Source: Thermoanaerobaculia bacterium
GTDB taxonomy: Bacteria; Acidobacteriota; Thermoanaerobaculia; Multivoradales; UBA5704
Assembly (NCBI GenBank): GCA_036503335.1
Contig: DASXXC010000419.1
Coordinates: forward strand, 20,363 to 84,362
DNA length: 64,000 nucleotides
Reading direction: 5' to 3'
The position numbers were made by a program, and so were the translations under genes. Below are positions 6,346 to 15,923 of the stretch, piece by piece (the first letter of the stretch is position 1; every line of letters starts with the position of its first letter). Under the pieces are notes generated by a model that was not told the origin of the DNA, did not search any database, and worked only from the letters and a program-made list of their open reading frames with translations.

Positions 6346-8970
6346 TCACGGCAGAGCCGCGGAATTTTCGAAGCGCCGGCGCGGTGGAGCGCCGACGATG
6401 CTCTCCGGCTCGTCCAGTGGACGAGGAGGCAGAGTGAACTGGCTGATGCATCCTTGGGCGCGGACCCGCTCCAACCACCGCTCCGCCTCTTCCTGAGAGA
6501 GGCCGCTCACCACCAGCGTATCGATCAGCTTTTGATACTCCTCACGCAAGGTCGTGGCGAAGGTGACCGGATCGTCGGACCCGATACAGACCGAGATCGG
6601 CTGCAGGGGCGTGCCGTCCCGGGGAGGAGAGAGGCGCCAGAGCGGATGCCGGCCGAGGTCCCGCAGGTCTCCGATCAGGAAATTCGAGCTCGGGTTCGCC
6701 TCGATGACGATGCCGTGAGCGCCGACGTGGCGGATCAGCTCCGACTGGATCGTGGCGAGCGCCTCCCCCTCCGGCTCGGTCCGGATCCATTCGAGCTCAT
6801 GTCCGTTCTGGAACACCACGGGATCGGTCAGGAACTGCACGAGCAGGTTACGGCGCTTGCGGTCCTCGATCTCTCCCCGGGCCACTCCACCCCGGAAGGG
6901 CCGGCCGCTCGGGAATCCGACTTGGCAGAGGACCTCGGGCTTGTGCAGATCCTCGACCATCTTCTCCAGGCGGTCGGCGGGATGCGGTTTGCCGAAAATC
7001 TCTTGGGAAAGGCGGGCGATCTCCCGCATCAGGTGGCTGACCCTGCGGCCATCCGGAGGGCTCACGCGGGCCAGGGAATACCAGCCCCACTCCCAGACCA
7101 GATCGAACAGGCGCTCCTCCTTGGGCATCACCACCGAGCCGGTCCGCTTCGCCCAATCCAACGGATCGAGGCCCAGGGCCATCGCGTGCCCGAGCCGGTC
7201 CCCCTCCTGGAGCGGCAGGAACTCCATCGCTTCCGTCACCCGGCGGAGCCCGGTGAGCAGATGAGCGAAATCCTCGCCCGCGTGTACCGTGCTCCGCAGC
7301 GCGGGCGCGGTCTCCTCCGACATCTCCTGAAGGAAGCTCGAAGCTTCCCGGCCGGCGGCGTGAACGTATTGGAACACGGGCACCAGGACCCAGGTGGGAA
7401 CCCCCGCCTCGTCCGTGCAGATGTCGAGCCCGCGCAGCAGAAACAGAACGCTGGGGTGGCGCTGGATGGCCGTCGCCAGCGCCAGCGCCTCCCGCTTCTT
7501 TTTCTGGTAGTAAATCGAATAACGCCAGCCCGTCCGCTTGTGACGCGGATCGGCATAGGAATCGGCCCAGCGGTTTCCGAGCCTCCCCTCCGCCGCGTGG
7601 CCGCCCCGGTCCCGGGTGAAATGGAGAATGAGACCGACCTCGACAGGATGATCCCTGACCCGCTCACACCGCTCCTGGAGGGAGCGGGCGGCCAGCTCCG
7701 TGTCCTTGAAGAGCGTGACGTGCTCGGAGACCGACTCGGACGGCGCGGTCCGGAGCTCCAGATAGCGCAGGCCATGGCCGATCCCCTCCAACTGGGCCGT
7801 GCTCTCGATCTGCACCTTCGTCCCCCAGGCTCTCGCCGTACGGATCCGGCCATAAAAGCGGAAAAACCATTGCAATCCCGGAGTCAAGGGGCGCTGCACG
7901 AGGTGCTGGTAGAAGATGCCGCGCACCCGGATCACCTGCCAGAACAGAGATTCGAAAAGCGCGTCTTTCTTGCCCTTGCCGGCCCTGTCCTCCAGATGCC
8001 ACAGGCCCGCCGCCACGAACCGGATCTCCGGTGTGGGAACGACTGGCGACTCGGATGCCGGAAAATAGCGGGCGATCGGATCGAGCTGCTGGATCTCGGA
8101 GGCACACGTCGGCTCTTTCCATACCGTCGCTCCGCTCAGGCGCGCATAGAGTCCCCGGACCTCGGATAGCTTGATCCCATGCTCAGGCTCCAGCCGGCCA
8201 TGGACGAGCTCCCGGGCCACCGCCTGCAGGAGAGCCGCTCCGGTCGCTCTGAGCTCCGAAGCCAGGACCCCTTGCACCCATTGGGCAAAGCCCATCTCCC
8301 GCGCGTCGCGATCGGTCAGGAACGCGCCCATGAGCACCCGCACGAGCGCGGCCCGGGCCAGCCATTCGCCGAGCTCCTGCCCCTCATTGAATGCGGCGCC
8401 CGGGCTGCGGAAGTCCGAGGCATCGAGGCGCGAGTGCGCCATCACGAGGAGCACTCCCACCCAGAGATCCGTGAATTCGGAGGCGGCTCCGAAGTGCAGA
8501 TGAAGCTGCCCGAAACCGCGGTCCTTCAGCATGCGGTCGAGCCGGGGGGACACCGTGGCGACTCTGCGGCAGGGAGGGGGGCCCTTCTCGATCGCGGCCA
8601 GGAGCAGATCGGGAGGGAGCGAGAGAGCGATCCATTGCCAGAAGATCCTGGAGTCCGCTCCGGAGCTGTCGGGAGTCTGGAGCTCCTCCGGCAGCCTGGG
8701 CCACACCGTCGCTCCGTCCACCCGCAGGCACCGGGCGGCGATGGACCGCAACAGCGCCTCCAGAGGGACGTCGGTCTTTGACCGTTCCCCCTTCTCCGAG
8801 AACCAGATGTAATCGCGCAGGTTGGTGATCTCGTCGATCGAAAGCGAACGCGAGCGGAGATCGTTCTCCACGCACCGCCAGAAGTCGCCGGTCGGTCCCT
8901 TCAGGTCCGGGCACAGGTTCGTGACGTTGGTCCGGAACGCAAGCTCGGTGGCAAAGGGATACGACGCCAT
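6346..8970 (-). CDS. rdrB: Large adenosine-deaminase-fold protein, RdrB-like (RADAR deaminase candidate)
   Basis: LHLHFGAA (HxH metal ligands), STVHAGEDF (HAGE motif) and SVCIGSDDPVTFATTL (SLNTDDP-like), with IEANPSSN immediately upstream, are the adenosine/AMP deaminase signature blocks. They are spread over an 874-aa protein with large insertions. It lies 66 bp downstream of the big ATPase on the same strand. Confidence 0.7.
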   Translation of the reverse strand: MASYPFATELAFRTNVTNLCPDLKGPTGDFWRCVENDLRSRSLSIDEITNLRDYIWFSEKGERSKTDVPLEALLRSIAARCLRVDGATVWPRLPEELQTPDSSGADSRIFWQWIALSLPPDLLLAAIEKGPPPCRRVATVSPRLDRMLKDRGFGQLHLHFGAASEFTDLWVGVLLVMAHSRLDASDFRSPGAAFNEGQELGEWLARAALVRVLMGAFLTDRDAREMGFAQWVQGVLASELRATGAALLQAVARELVHGRLEPEHGIKLSEVRGLYARLSGATVWKEPTCASEIQQLDPIARYFPASESPVVPTPEIRFVAAGLWHLEDRAGKGKKDALFESLFWQVIRVRGIFYQHLVQRPLTPGLQWFFRFYGRIRTARAWGTKVQIESTAQLEGIGHGLRYLELRTAPSESVSEHVTLFKDTELAARSLQERCERVRDHPVEVGLILHFTRDRGGHAAEGRLGNRWADSYADPRHKRTGWRYSIYYQKKKREALALATAIQRHPSVLFLLRGLDICTDEAGVPTWVLVPVFQYVHAAGREASSFLQEMSEETAPALRSTVHAGEDFAHLLTGLRRVTEAMEFLPLQEGDRLGHAMALGLDPLDWAKRTGSVVMPKEERLFDLVWEWGWYSLARVSPPDGRRVSHLMREIARLSQEIFGKPHPADRLEKMVEDLHKPEVLCQVGFPSGRPFRGGVARGEIEDRKRRNLLVQFLTDPVVFQNGHELEWIRTEPEGEALATIQSELIRHVGAHGIVIEANPSSNFLIGDLRDLGRHPLWRLSPPRDGTPLQPISVCIGSDDPVTFATTLREEYQKLIDTLVVSGLSQEEAERWLERVRAQGCISQFTLPPRPLDEPESIVGAPPRRRFENSAALP

Positions 8971-9036
8971 CTCCGCGCAGATCTCCAGCGTGGGGATGGC
9001 GAGGGTGCGGGCGGCGGCGTTGTTGGTGGTCAGGGC

Positions 9037-11955
9037 TTATCCCCCAGAATTCTCATCGAGGTCGGGAAAAGCAGCACGCAACTGGGCTGTGAAGCCTTCC
9101 AGTGCGAAAGCGATCCGCTCTTGTGGGTCTCTGAGCCCTTTCTTGAGGAGCCGTTCTTGGGCTTGTTTCAACTCCTCGGAATTAGGCACCAGCTCACCGC
9201 CAAGAAGCTCATTGACCGGATGGATGTTGCTCAATTCCGCCGGGCTCATGCTGCTATCGCCCTTCTTGATCAGCATGCCAATCTTTTCATTGTCTATGAA
9301 GGGTGCAAGGCGATCTGCGCGAAGGTTGCGTATGCGCGAAGCTCTAGAACGTGATTCCTTAGGGTCACCTAGAAAGTTGCTCAAAGTGCTCTTGGCGAGG
9401 AGCGTGGTTATCGCTTGTTTCACGATGCTATGGTCTTGTGTTGCAAGGAATCCGGATTCCGGTGCAAGAAGAACGGGCAATCGAATAAGCCAGCTTTTGA
9501 TCCTTTCTGCTCGTACTGTCACGGCATTGGAGTCCTTAACGAGTTGTTCTATGGCTTCTGCCAATTTAACCCAAAGCTCGGAGCCAATCTCAACCTCGTC
9601 GAGAGAATCGGGAATGGTCTTGAGACCCGTGTCAGTTAAAGATTGCTCCTCGGAACCCGACGTCTCGGATTTGCTCGACTCCTGTGGTGGCGGTGGAGGT
9701 GGCGGATCCGATTTCTCAAAGATTTTGCATATCCCCGCGATCCAGGTATAGAGCAGCAAAGCTCTTTGATGCGGCTCGTCCCCTAGATACCACAGGTCAC
9801 TGCGAAGAGCGGAGTCCCAGATGTGACTGAGCTGATCGAACTCCCAGAAGCTAGTCCAGGCAGGGGTAATCCAAGGGACCTTTACTGCGTCACGAAGCCC
9901 CAGATCCCAGGCAGCTACGGCCCAACCCAGGTCCAGTGAGTTGGGCGAGAGAGAATGAGAGCCGACGATGCCTCCCCACCTCTCCAAGGCCAGGAGGTCA
10001 TGCAGCAGTACGATCAGGGCCTTGGTCCGTTCGGCGATCTCAATCGGGCGCTCTCTTTCCAGGTCCCAAAAGGCCCAGGAGCGCCGATAGCTAGCGTGCA
10101 GCGTGCAATCGTGATCGCGAAACGGGATGATCCTGCCGGGAACGGATATGCTTCGAGCCTCGACAAACCTCATAGCTTGAAGCCATTCCTCGTCTGGGTT
10201 GACTCCGAGCGCCTCTACGAAGCGCTCCCTGTAACGAATTGACAACAGCTCGTCTTCCTCCATGGCCCGGTGAGTCTCCATTCCGACCAAATTTATAAGC
10301 ATGGTGAGGTGTGATTTCCACTTATCCTCGGGGCCATGCGGAGTCTCGCGATGAATAAGGTCACGTATGGAAAACCATAGGTCGGCAATATAGCGTGGAG
10401 TTGCCTTGAGCAGCGTAGAGCCCGTGTAGGGGAAGATGCGTTCCTGGTCCGTTTTTTCTCTGCTCTTCTTTTCGAGTAAATTCTGTTCCTCGAGTGTGCT
10501 TGCTCTTGCGCCAGGTTTGGAGGAGGTCAATTCTTGAAGGCGTACATTGAAGCAAAGGAATTCGCAAAAATTGGGAACAATCTTGCCTGCGATGGATTGT
10601 AGCTTGTGCCTTTTGACCTTTTCGAGTTGTTTCTGTTCTTCGGATTCCTCGGGTTGAGGGGGTTGTTGTTGCCCTGTTTCTTTTCTGTCTGGCTCAAAGG
10701 CCGTTTCAATATCTATCGGAAGCTGCTCAAGGAGGTCTCGGAGTCTTTCTTTGTCGTTATTCCAGCCGTTTTTCGTATCCTCATTTCTGAGGTGGCGAGG
10801 ATGAAAATTGAGAGCTTCCCATACTTTTAATGCTCCCAGCTCAATCCGCTGCCCCGGAGGCACGAGCTTGCGGATCGCATGGCCGGATAAGGATCGCGCT
10901 ATACCTCGGATCTCCGAGGAAGACAGAGACAGGTAATCGGGTGTATAAGCGGCTTCGAGCACCTTGGCAAAGTCGCCGCTCTTCCTCAAGTTGAACATCA
11001 GCTCCGCCATCCGGACGTCACCCAAAACTATGATGAAAAGGCGGGGTGAGGTGACCATGCGGATCAGGTGCAGAAGCTCCAGGGAACGCAGAGGGTTCAG
11101 GTCATAGTCGTCTACCGGGAGAACGAAGAACGGGTTCTTGACGTAACTGCTCTTGCCGAGCTCCTGCGCGAGGTCATCGAGAGCCTTGTTGAGGGCTGCG
11201 TTGATCCCTACACGCGCATCCTCGACGCGAGTGACTTCAGCGGCGTAAGCGTCAGGGTCCAAGGCGCTGGCGCGAGCATCCACGTTACCGTCCCAGGCGA
11301 TGGCAACGTCTGCGGCCAATTTTCGTAGCCCATGTAGAGCCTTTTCCCCCGACGCGAGGCTCAGAAGGCCACTCTGGTAAGTTTTGTCATCCTTTTTCTG
11401 ATTAAAACGAGTAGCGGCTCGGTCAATCCGTGCTAGAATAGCCGCGAGGAGATTGACGGGGCGCGGTAGTGGTTCCATGTCCAAGGGATCAAGCCATACG
11501 AGGCGATCCTGCAGCTCTTCCAGAGATTTCCCTATCGCATCAGGGGTTTTCTGCTGATTATTTGTACTGGCATCCGGACCTTGCGATTTTGTGCCGGCTT
11601 TATCATTCGTAGTTGTCTCTTCTTTTTTGTCTCTTCTCTCGTCGCTGGCCTGGCAAAACCTGTCAGGATCGAGGAAGGCCTCGAACAAAGAAACGAGGAC
11701 CGTGGACTTGCCTGTCCCTCGTTTTCCCGAGACGAAGACCAGCCGGCTCGACCGGAAACGATCCGGGGTGGCGGGGAGGTTGGGAGGGTTCTCCGCGGAC
11801 TTCTGCCTGGCGGCCTCATCGACATCACGTCGAGCGTCTTTCAGCGCGTCGAGAATCTTGCGAAAGGCGCTCTGCTGGGAGGCATTCAGGAGATCCCAGC
11901 GCAGCGGCCGGGCTTCGGGGCGTAGGACGTAAGGCGTCTTCTCGTCGGAAGCCAT
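9037..11955 (-). CDS. rdrA: Large P-loop NTPase, RdrA-like (RADAR ATPase candidate)
   Basis: Walker A motif VFVSGKRGTGKSTVL at about aa 75-88 and Walker-B-like FFVLPVDDYD. It is about 970 aa, the first gene of the string, and the gene body is lower in GC than its neighbours. Confidence 0.65.
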   Translation of the reverse strand: MASDEKTPYVLRPEARPLRWDLLNASQQSAFRKILDALKDARRDVDEAARQKSAENPPNLPATPDRFRSSRLVFVSGKRGTGKSTVLVSLFEAFLDPDRFCQASDERRDKKEETTTNDKAGTKSQGPDASTNNQQKTPDAIGKSLEELQDRLVWLDPLDMEPLPRPVNLLAAILARIDRAATRFNQKKDDKTYQSGLLSLASGEKALHGLRKLAADVAIAWDGNVDARASALDPDAYAAEVTRVEDARVGINAALNKALDDLAQELGKSSYVKNPFFVLPVDDYDLNPLRSLELLHLIRMVTSPRLFIIVLGDVRMAELMFNLRKSGDFAKVLEAAYTPDYLSLSSSEIRGIARSLSGHAIRKLVPPGQRIELGALKVWEALNFHPRHLRNEDTKNGWNNDKERLRDLLEQLPIDIETAFEPDRKETGQQQPPQPEESEEQKQLEKVKRHKLQSIAGKIVPNFCEFLCFNVRLQELTSSKPGARASTLEEQNLLEKKSREKTDQERIFPYTGSTLLKATPRYIADLWFSIRDLIHRETPHGPEDKWKSHLTMLINLVGMETHRAMEEDELLSIRYRERFVEALGVNPDEEWLQAMRFVEARSISVPGRIIPFRDHDCTLHASYRRSWAFWDLERERPIEIAERTKALIVLLHDLLALERWGGIVGSHSLSPNSLDLGWAVAAWDLGLRDAVKVPWITPAWTSFWEFDQLSHIWDSALRSDLWYLGDEPHQRALLLYTWIAGICKIFEKSDPPPPPPPQESSKSETSGSEEQSLTDTGLKTIPDSLDEVEIGSELWVKLAEAIEQLVKDSNAVTVRAERIKSWLIRLPVLLAPESGFLATQDHSIVKQAITTLLAKSTLSNFLGDPKESRSRASRIRNLRADRLAPFIDNEKIGMLIKKGDSSMSPAELSNIHPVNELLGGELVPNSEELKQAQERLLKKGLRDPQERIAFALEGFTAQLRAAFPDLDENSGG

Positions 11956-12248
11956 GAATCCTCACTCTTTGGAAAAAGAAAGGGTCATTCTCTTAAAAGT
12001 ATAGAGAGGAGGATCTCGCTCCTGTCAAGGATTCTTGCTGATAGAAATATTCATCTCCGCGAAGGGAAGCGGTGAGGCCTCCGCCAAGAGATAGACGGAC
12101 GCTGGTTGGAAGTTCCGCGGGGATTCGGGAGAAGAGGTAGACCCCCTCCGGGATCAGAGGAGGACCCGGTGTATAATCGTCCGGCACTGACTCCTGGCGC
12201 TTACCCGCATCGGCTCGTCCCGCCATCGTCTTCGCAACGGAGGCCGCT

Positions 12249-13136
12249 ATGAGAGCACATCGTTTCGCCTGGCTGCCGGTCCTGGTTTTCGCCCTCCCTG
12301 GCTTCGGCGCAACCCCGGCCCCCCCGGTCTCGGGCCAGTTCGTGCTGGACGGAAAGGCGGTGGCGGTGAGCGAGGTCGCGGCTTTCCGGATGCGCGATCA
12401 GTTCAATCCCCGGACCCTCGAGACCTATGTGATGCTGACCGCCAAGCCCGTGGACCGGGCGGCGATCAGCGCCTCCCTCGATCCCTATAGCGTGGCGATC
12501 AACGATCCCGCGACGCTCCACGCCGACTACATCGCTTTCAGCGTGCGCGCCAACGGCGAGGTCGGCATGAACGCTCACGTGGGCGGGGTCCAGTACATCG
12601 ACACCTCAGGCAGGATCATGGGCCAGCCCGGCTCTCTGGTCGCGAAATGCAGCGAGAACACGCCGACGCGCGTCGCTTGCCACGTGAAGACGGAGAAGCC
12701 GGTCAAGACGATGGACGGGCCGACCTTTTCGCTGGACCTGAGCTTCGAGGCCGACGTGCAGTCCCGCAAGCCGGGCAAGCCCCTGGCCAAGGAGGACCAG
12801 GCCCCCGGCCAGGCGCTGCTGGCGCTGCGGGCCGCGGTCGCGGGTGACGACCTGGCCAAAATCCTGGCGCTTCTCACGCCTGAGCAGGCCAAGAGCTACC
12901 AGGAGGATTGGCAATCGCCGGCGGAGAATCTCAAATCCGCCAAGGACATCCTGAACGTCCAGCTCCCGAAGAATCCCAAGATCACCGGCGGCGAGATGCT
13001 GGCCGACGACCACGTGGTGCTGGAGGTCGAAGGCGAGCCGTACGAGAACGGTCACATGCTCTACCTCGTGGAGATGCGGCGGATCGACGGCCGCTGGCTC
13101 TACGAGCGGGCGAGCGTGGCCGGGATGTTGCGCTGA
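12249..13136 (+). CDS. Secreted hypothetical protein (signal peptide)
   Basis: N-terminal MRAHRFAWLPVLVFALPGFGA signal-like segment, coding-like composition, and a terminator hairpin directly downstream. Confidence 0.55.
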   Translation: MRAHRFAWLPVLVFALPGFGATPAPPVSGQFVLDGKAVAVSEVAAFRMRDQFNPRTLETYVMLTAKPVDRAAISASLDPYSVAINDPATLHADYIAFSVRANGEVGMNAHVGGVQYIDTSGRIMGQPGSLVAKCSENTPTRVACHVKTEKPVKTMDGPTFSLDLSFEADVQSRKPGKPLAKEDQAPGQALLALRAAVAGDDLAKILALLTPEQAKSYQEDWQSPAENLKSAKDILNVQLPKNPKITGGEMLADDHVVLEVEGEPYENGHMLYLVEMRRIDGRWLYERASVAGMLR

Positions 13137-13142
13137 GGCGCC

Positions 13143-13164
13143 CGGGATTTTGAATCCCGGGCGG
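13143..13164. terminator. Bidirectional hairpin terminator between convergent genes
   Basis: cccgggattttgaatcccggg is a perfect 7-bp stem with a T-rich loop. It sits between the stop of the 12249-13136 gene and the stop of the OYE gene. Confidence 0.5.
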
Positions 13165-13170
13165 GCTCCA

Positions 13171-14271
13171 TCAGACCGCCGCGGTCACCGCGTCCCGGGT
13201 CGGATAATCGATGTACCCCTTCTCGCCGCCCATGTAGAACGTCTCGCGGTCGGGGGTGTTGAGGGGGACGCCTTCGGCGAAGCGCTCGACCAGGTCCGGG
13301 TTGGAGAGGAAGAGGACTCCGAAGGAGATCAGGTCCGCCTCATCCTTGGCCAGAGCCGCGTTGGCGGTCTCCTGGTTGTAGCCGCCGTTCAGCATGAAGG
13401 GCCCCTGGAAGAGCGAGCGCAGCAGGGGCGCGACCGGCGACGGGGTCGAGCCGATCGCCTCGGTGACGTGCAGGTAGGCGAGGCCGAAGCGGTTGAGCTC
13501 CCGGGCGGCGTAGCCGAAGGTGGCCGCGGGGTCGGAGTCGCTCATGCTGTTGTAACTCCCGGGGGGGGAGAGGCGTACGCCGACCCGGTCCGCGCCCCAG
13601 ACGCCGGCCACCGCCTCCGCCACCTCCAGCAGGAAGCGGGCGCGGTTCTCGATCGGGCCGCCGTAGGCGTCCGTGCGGTGGTTCGAGCCGTCGCGGAGGA
13701 ACTGGTCGATCAGGTAGCCGTTGGCGCCGTGGAGCTCGACGCCGTCGAAGCCCGATTCCAGGGCCGTCCGGGCGCCGTGGGCGAACTGCTCGACCACGCC
13801 GGCGATCTCCGAGGTCTCCAGGGCGCGCGGGACCCCGAAGGGCTTGGGACCCTCGGAGGTGAAGGTCTGCCCCTCGGCCGCGATCGCCGACGGCGCCACC
13901 GGCAGGGCCCCGCCCGGCTGCAGGAGCGGATGGGAGATCCGGCCGACGTGCCAGAGCTGGGCGAAGATCCGGCCGCCGCGCGCGTGGACGGCGTCGGTCA
14001 CCCGGCGCCACCCCTCCACCTGGGCGGCGTCGTGGATGCCGGGCGTCCCGGGATAGCCCACCCCCTGCGGCGAGACCTGGGTCCCCTCGGTGATGATCAG
14101 CCCCGCGGAGGCCCGCTGGGCGTAGTAGGTGACGGCGAGGCCGCTCGGCACGTTCCCCGCGTCCGCGCGGTTGCGGGTCATGGGGGCCATCACCATCCGG
14201 TTGCGCAGGGTATAGGGTCCCACCTGGACCGGGGAGAACAGAGTCGGGTGCTGCTCCTGCTTGTCGCTCAT
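13171..14271 (-). CDS. Old Yellow Enzyme family NADH:flavin oxidoreductase (N-ethylmaleimide reductase-like)
   Basis: TLFSPVQVGPYTLRNRMVMAPMTR..., HGANGYLIDQFL and RTDAYGG are OYE hallmarks. I chose the Met-11 start (GGAGG Shine-Dalgarno before it). Confidence 0.9.
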   Translation of the reverse strand: MSDKQEQHPTLFSPVQVGPYTLRNRMVMAPMTRNRADAGNVPSGLAVTYYAQRASAGLIITEGTQVSPQGVGYPGTPGIHDAAQVEGWRRVTDAVHARGGRIFAQLWHVGRISHPLLQPGGALPVAPSAIAAEGQTFTSEGPKPFGVPRALETSEIAGVVEQFAHGARTALESGFDGVELHGANGYLIDQFLRDGSNHRTDAYGGPIENRARFLLEVAEAVAGVWGADRVGVRLSPPGSYNSMSDSDPAATFGYAARELNRFGLAYLHVTEAIGSTPSPVAPLLRSLFQGPFMLNGGYNQETANAALAKDEADLISFGVLFLSNPDLVERFAEGVPLNTPDRETFYMGGEKGYIDYPTRDAVTAAV

Positions 14272-14356
14272 TGTGGAGCCTCCTTCGATTCGGGTTTGCA
14301 TTGTTGGTGGGTCAAAGGTACAGGGGTGAACTTTCTAGGCAAAAAATTTTTGAGGC

Positions 14357-14761
14357 TCAGCTCCCCAGCCTTCCCAGCAGCCGGGTGAGGGCCTGGCGGT
14401 CCTCCTCGCCCAGCCCGGCGAAGACCTCGCGCTCGGTCTCGCCCACGATCCGCACGGCCTCGGCGTGGCGCTCCCGGCCCGCGGGGGTCAGGGCGGCCCG
14501 CACGGAGCGCCGGTCGGCGGGATCGGGGAGGCGCTCGACCAGCCGGTCGGCCTCCAGACGGTCCACGAGCTGGGTGATGTTCGAGCGGACGCAGCAGCAG
14601 CGGTCGGCCAGATGGCTGAGGGGCAGCGGCTCGTCGGTGTCCGCGAGCGCCTTGAGCACGTTGAGCTTGGCGAGGGAGAGGCCGATCGTCCCCAGGGCTC
14701 CTTCCAGCCTTCCCTCCACCTCGTGCGCGGCGCCGATCACCCGGAACGCGAGATCGTTCAT
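14357..14761 (-). CDS. MarR-family transcriptional regulator
   Basis: Winged-helix MarR pattern (LSLAKLNVLKAL...LSHLADR...SNITQLVDRLEADRLVERLPDPADRRS). Adjacent to the OYE gene. Confidence 0.85.
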   Translation of the reverse strand: MNDLAFRVIGAAHEVEGRLEGALGTIGLSLAKLNVLKALADTDEPLPLSHLADRCCCVRSNITQLVDRLEADRLVERLPDPADRRSVRAALTPAGRERHAEAVRIVGETEREVFAGLGEEDRQALTRLLGRLGS

Positions 14762-15146
14762 GGGTGAATCATACATCCGTCATCTGTTCAGCGCAAGAGG
14801 CAGGATCGGAGGTAGAATCCCCACCTGATGAACGCGGCTCGCCGTACTCTCGGCCGCTGGGTGCTCGCGGCTCTTCTCGAACGGGGTTGCGACCCCACCA
14901 CGGCCCGTATGCCCCGGCGGGTCTTCAGCGTCCGGCCGCTCGACGCGCGCGAGATGGCGGAGCTCAATCCCCTGGTCTGGCCTCTCGTTCCCGTCTCGAA
15001 CCTGCTGCCGCTGCCGCGTCCGGTCCGCCGGCCAGTCTATGAGGTCTAGATCCAGCAGTGACTCGCAACCCGGAGGCCGCCTTCCCGTACGGGTTGAAAG
15101 AGAATAGGCTCTCCCATCATTCCGTATTGACAGAGCGAGGAACGGC

Positions 15147-15908
15147 ATGGGTCTCAAAGAAGTCCTGAGCAAGATGAAGATCGTGGAGCTCGATCCGGAG
15201 GAGGTGGCCGCGGCGGTGCCTCCGGCCGCCGTGCCATCCATGTCCGGCCCGAAGGACCTGCCGCCTCCGCCGTCGATGCCCAGGAACATCCAGGACCTGC
15301 TGGGCACGATCCCCGAGCCGCCGGCCATCGACGAGAAGAAGCTGCCGCCGCCCGCGGCGGACGACGAGGAGGGGAGCAACATCCCCGACTTCCCGGCCAT
15401 CTACCGGGCGGCGGGGGTGACCGATCCTCCCCATGGATACAGCGCCTACAAGGTGCTGGAGATCTTCGCCTCGCCCGGTTTCGCGGCGCTCGACACGCGG
15501 GCCAAGGCCGCGGCCCTCACCGGGTTCCTCAACATGAATCCGTCCGGGCCGGTGCCGATCACCGACGTGGTGCAGGACGCCGTGCGGCGCGACCAGGCGC
15601 TCGACAAGTTCGAGGAGTTTCTGCGCAACAAGCTGGGCGCGCGAGGGGAGCAGATCGACAAGGAGAACGCCCAGCTCCAGGCGGAGATCGACGAGGTCAC
15701 CCGCCGCAACCGGGAGAAGATGGAGGCCAACCGCGCGGCCGTGGAGGCCGAGCAGGCCCGCTTCACCCGCTGGCTGAGCACCAAGCGCGCCGAGGAGCGC
15801 AAGCTCTTCGACGCGGTCAACCCGTTCGTCGAGCAGAATCCGATCTCGACCGCGGATACGCCCCGTCCGGCGGCGCCGGCACCGGCACCGGAGAAGGCTC
15901 AAGGCTGA
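15147..15908 (+). CDS. Hypothetical Pro-rich / coiled-coil protein, first gene of the PspA operon
   Basis: Coding-like composition; ends 16 bp before the PspA start. The C-terminal half looks coiled-coil (QLQAEIDEVTRRNREKMEANRAAVEAEQARF). Confidence 0.5.
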   Translation: MGLKEVLSKMKIVELDPEEVAAAVPPAAVPSMSGPKDLPPPPSMPRNIQDLLGTIPEPPAIDEKKLPPPAADDEEGSNIPDFPAIYRAAGVTDPPHGYSAYKVLEIFASPGFAALDTRAKAAALTGFLNMNPSGPVPITDVVQDAVRRDQALDKFEEFLRNKLGARGEQIDKENAQLQAEIDEVTRRNREKMEANRAAVEAEQARFTRWLSTKRAEERKLFDAVNPFVEQNPISTADTPRPAAPAPAPEKAQG

Positions 15909-15923
15909 GCCGAGGAGAAAGCC

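Noticed and set aside
6454-8169. 571-aa plus-strand ORF inside the deaminase gene
   Set aside because: Antisense to the adenosine-deaminase-fold gene. It has no motifs and an R/P/G-rich composition.
13141-13170. tRNA-like T-arm (cccgggattttgaatcccggg)
   Set aside because: The loop is not the canonical TPsiC heptaloop, and the upstream sequence is the 3' end of a CDS with no acceptor, D or anticodon arms. This is a terminator hairpin.
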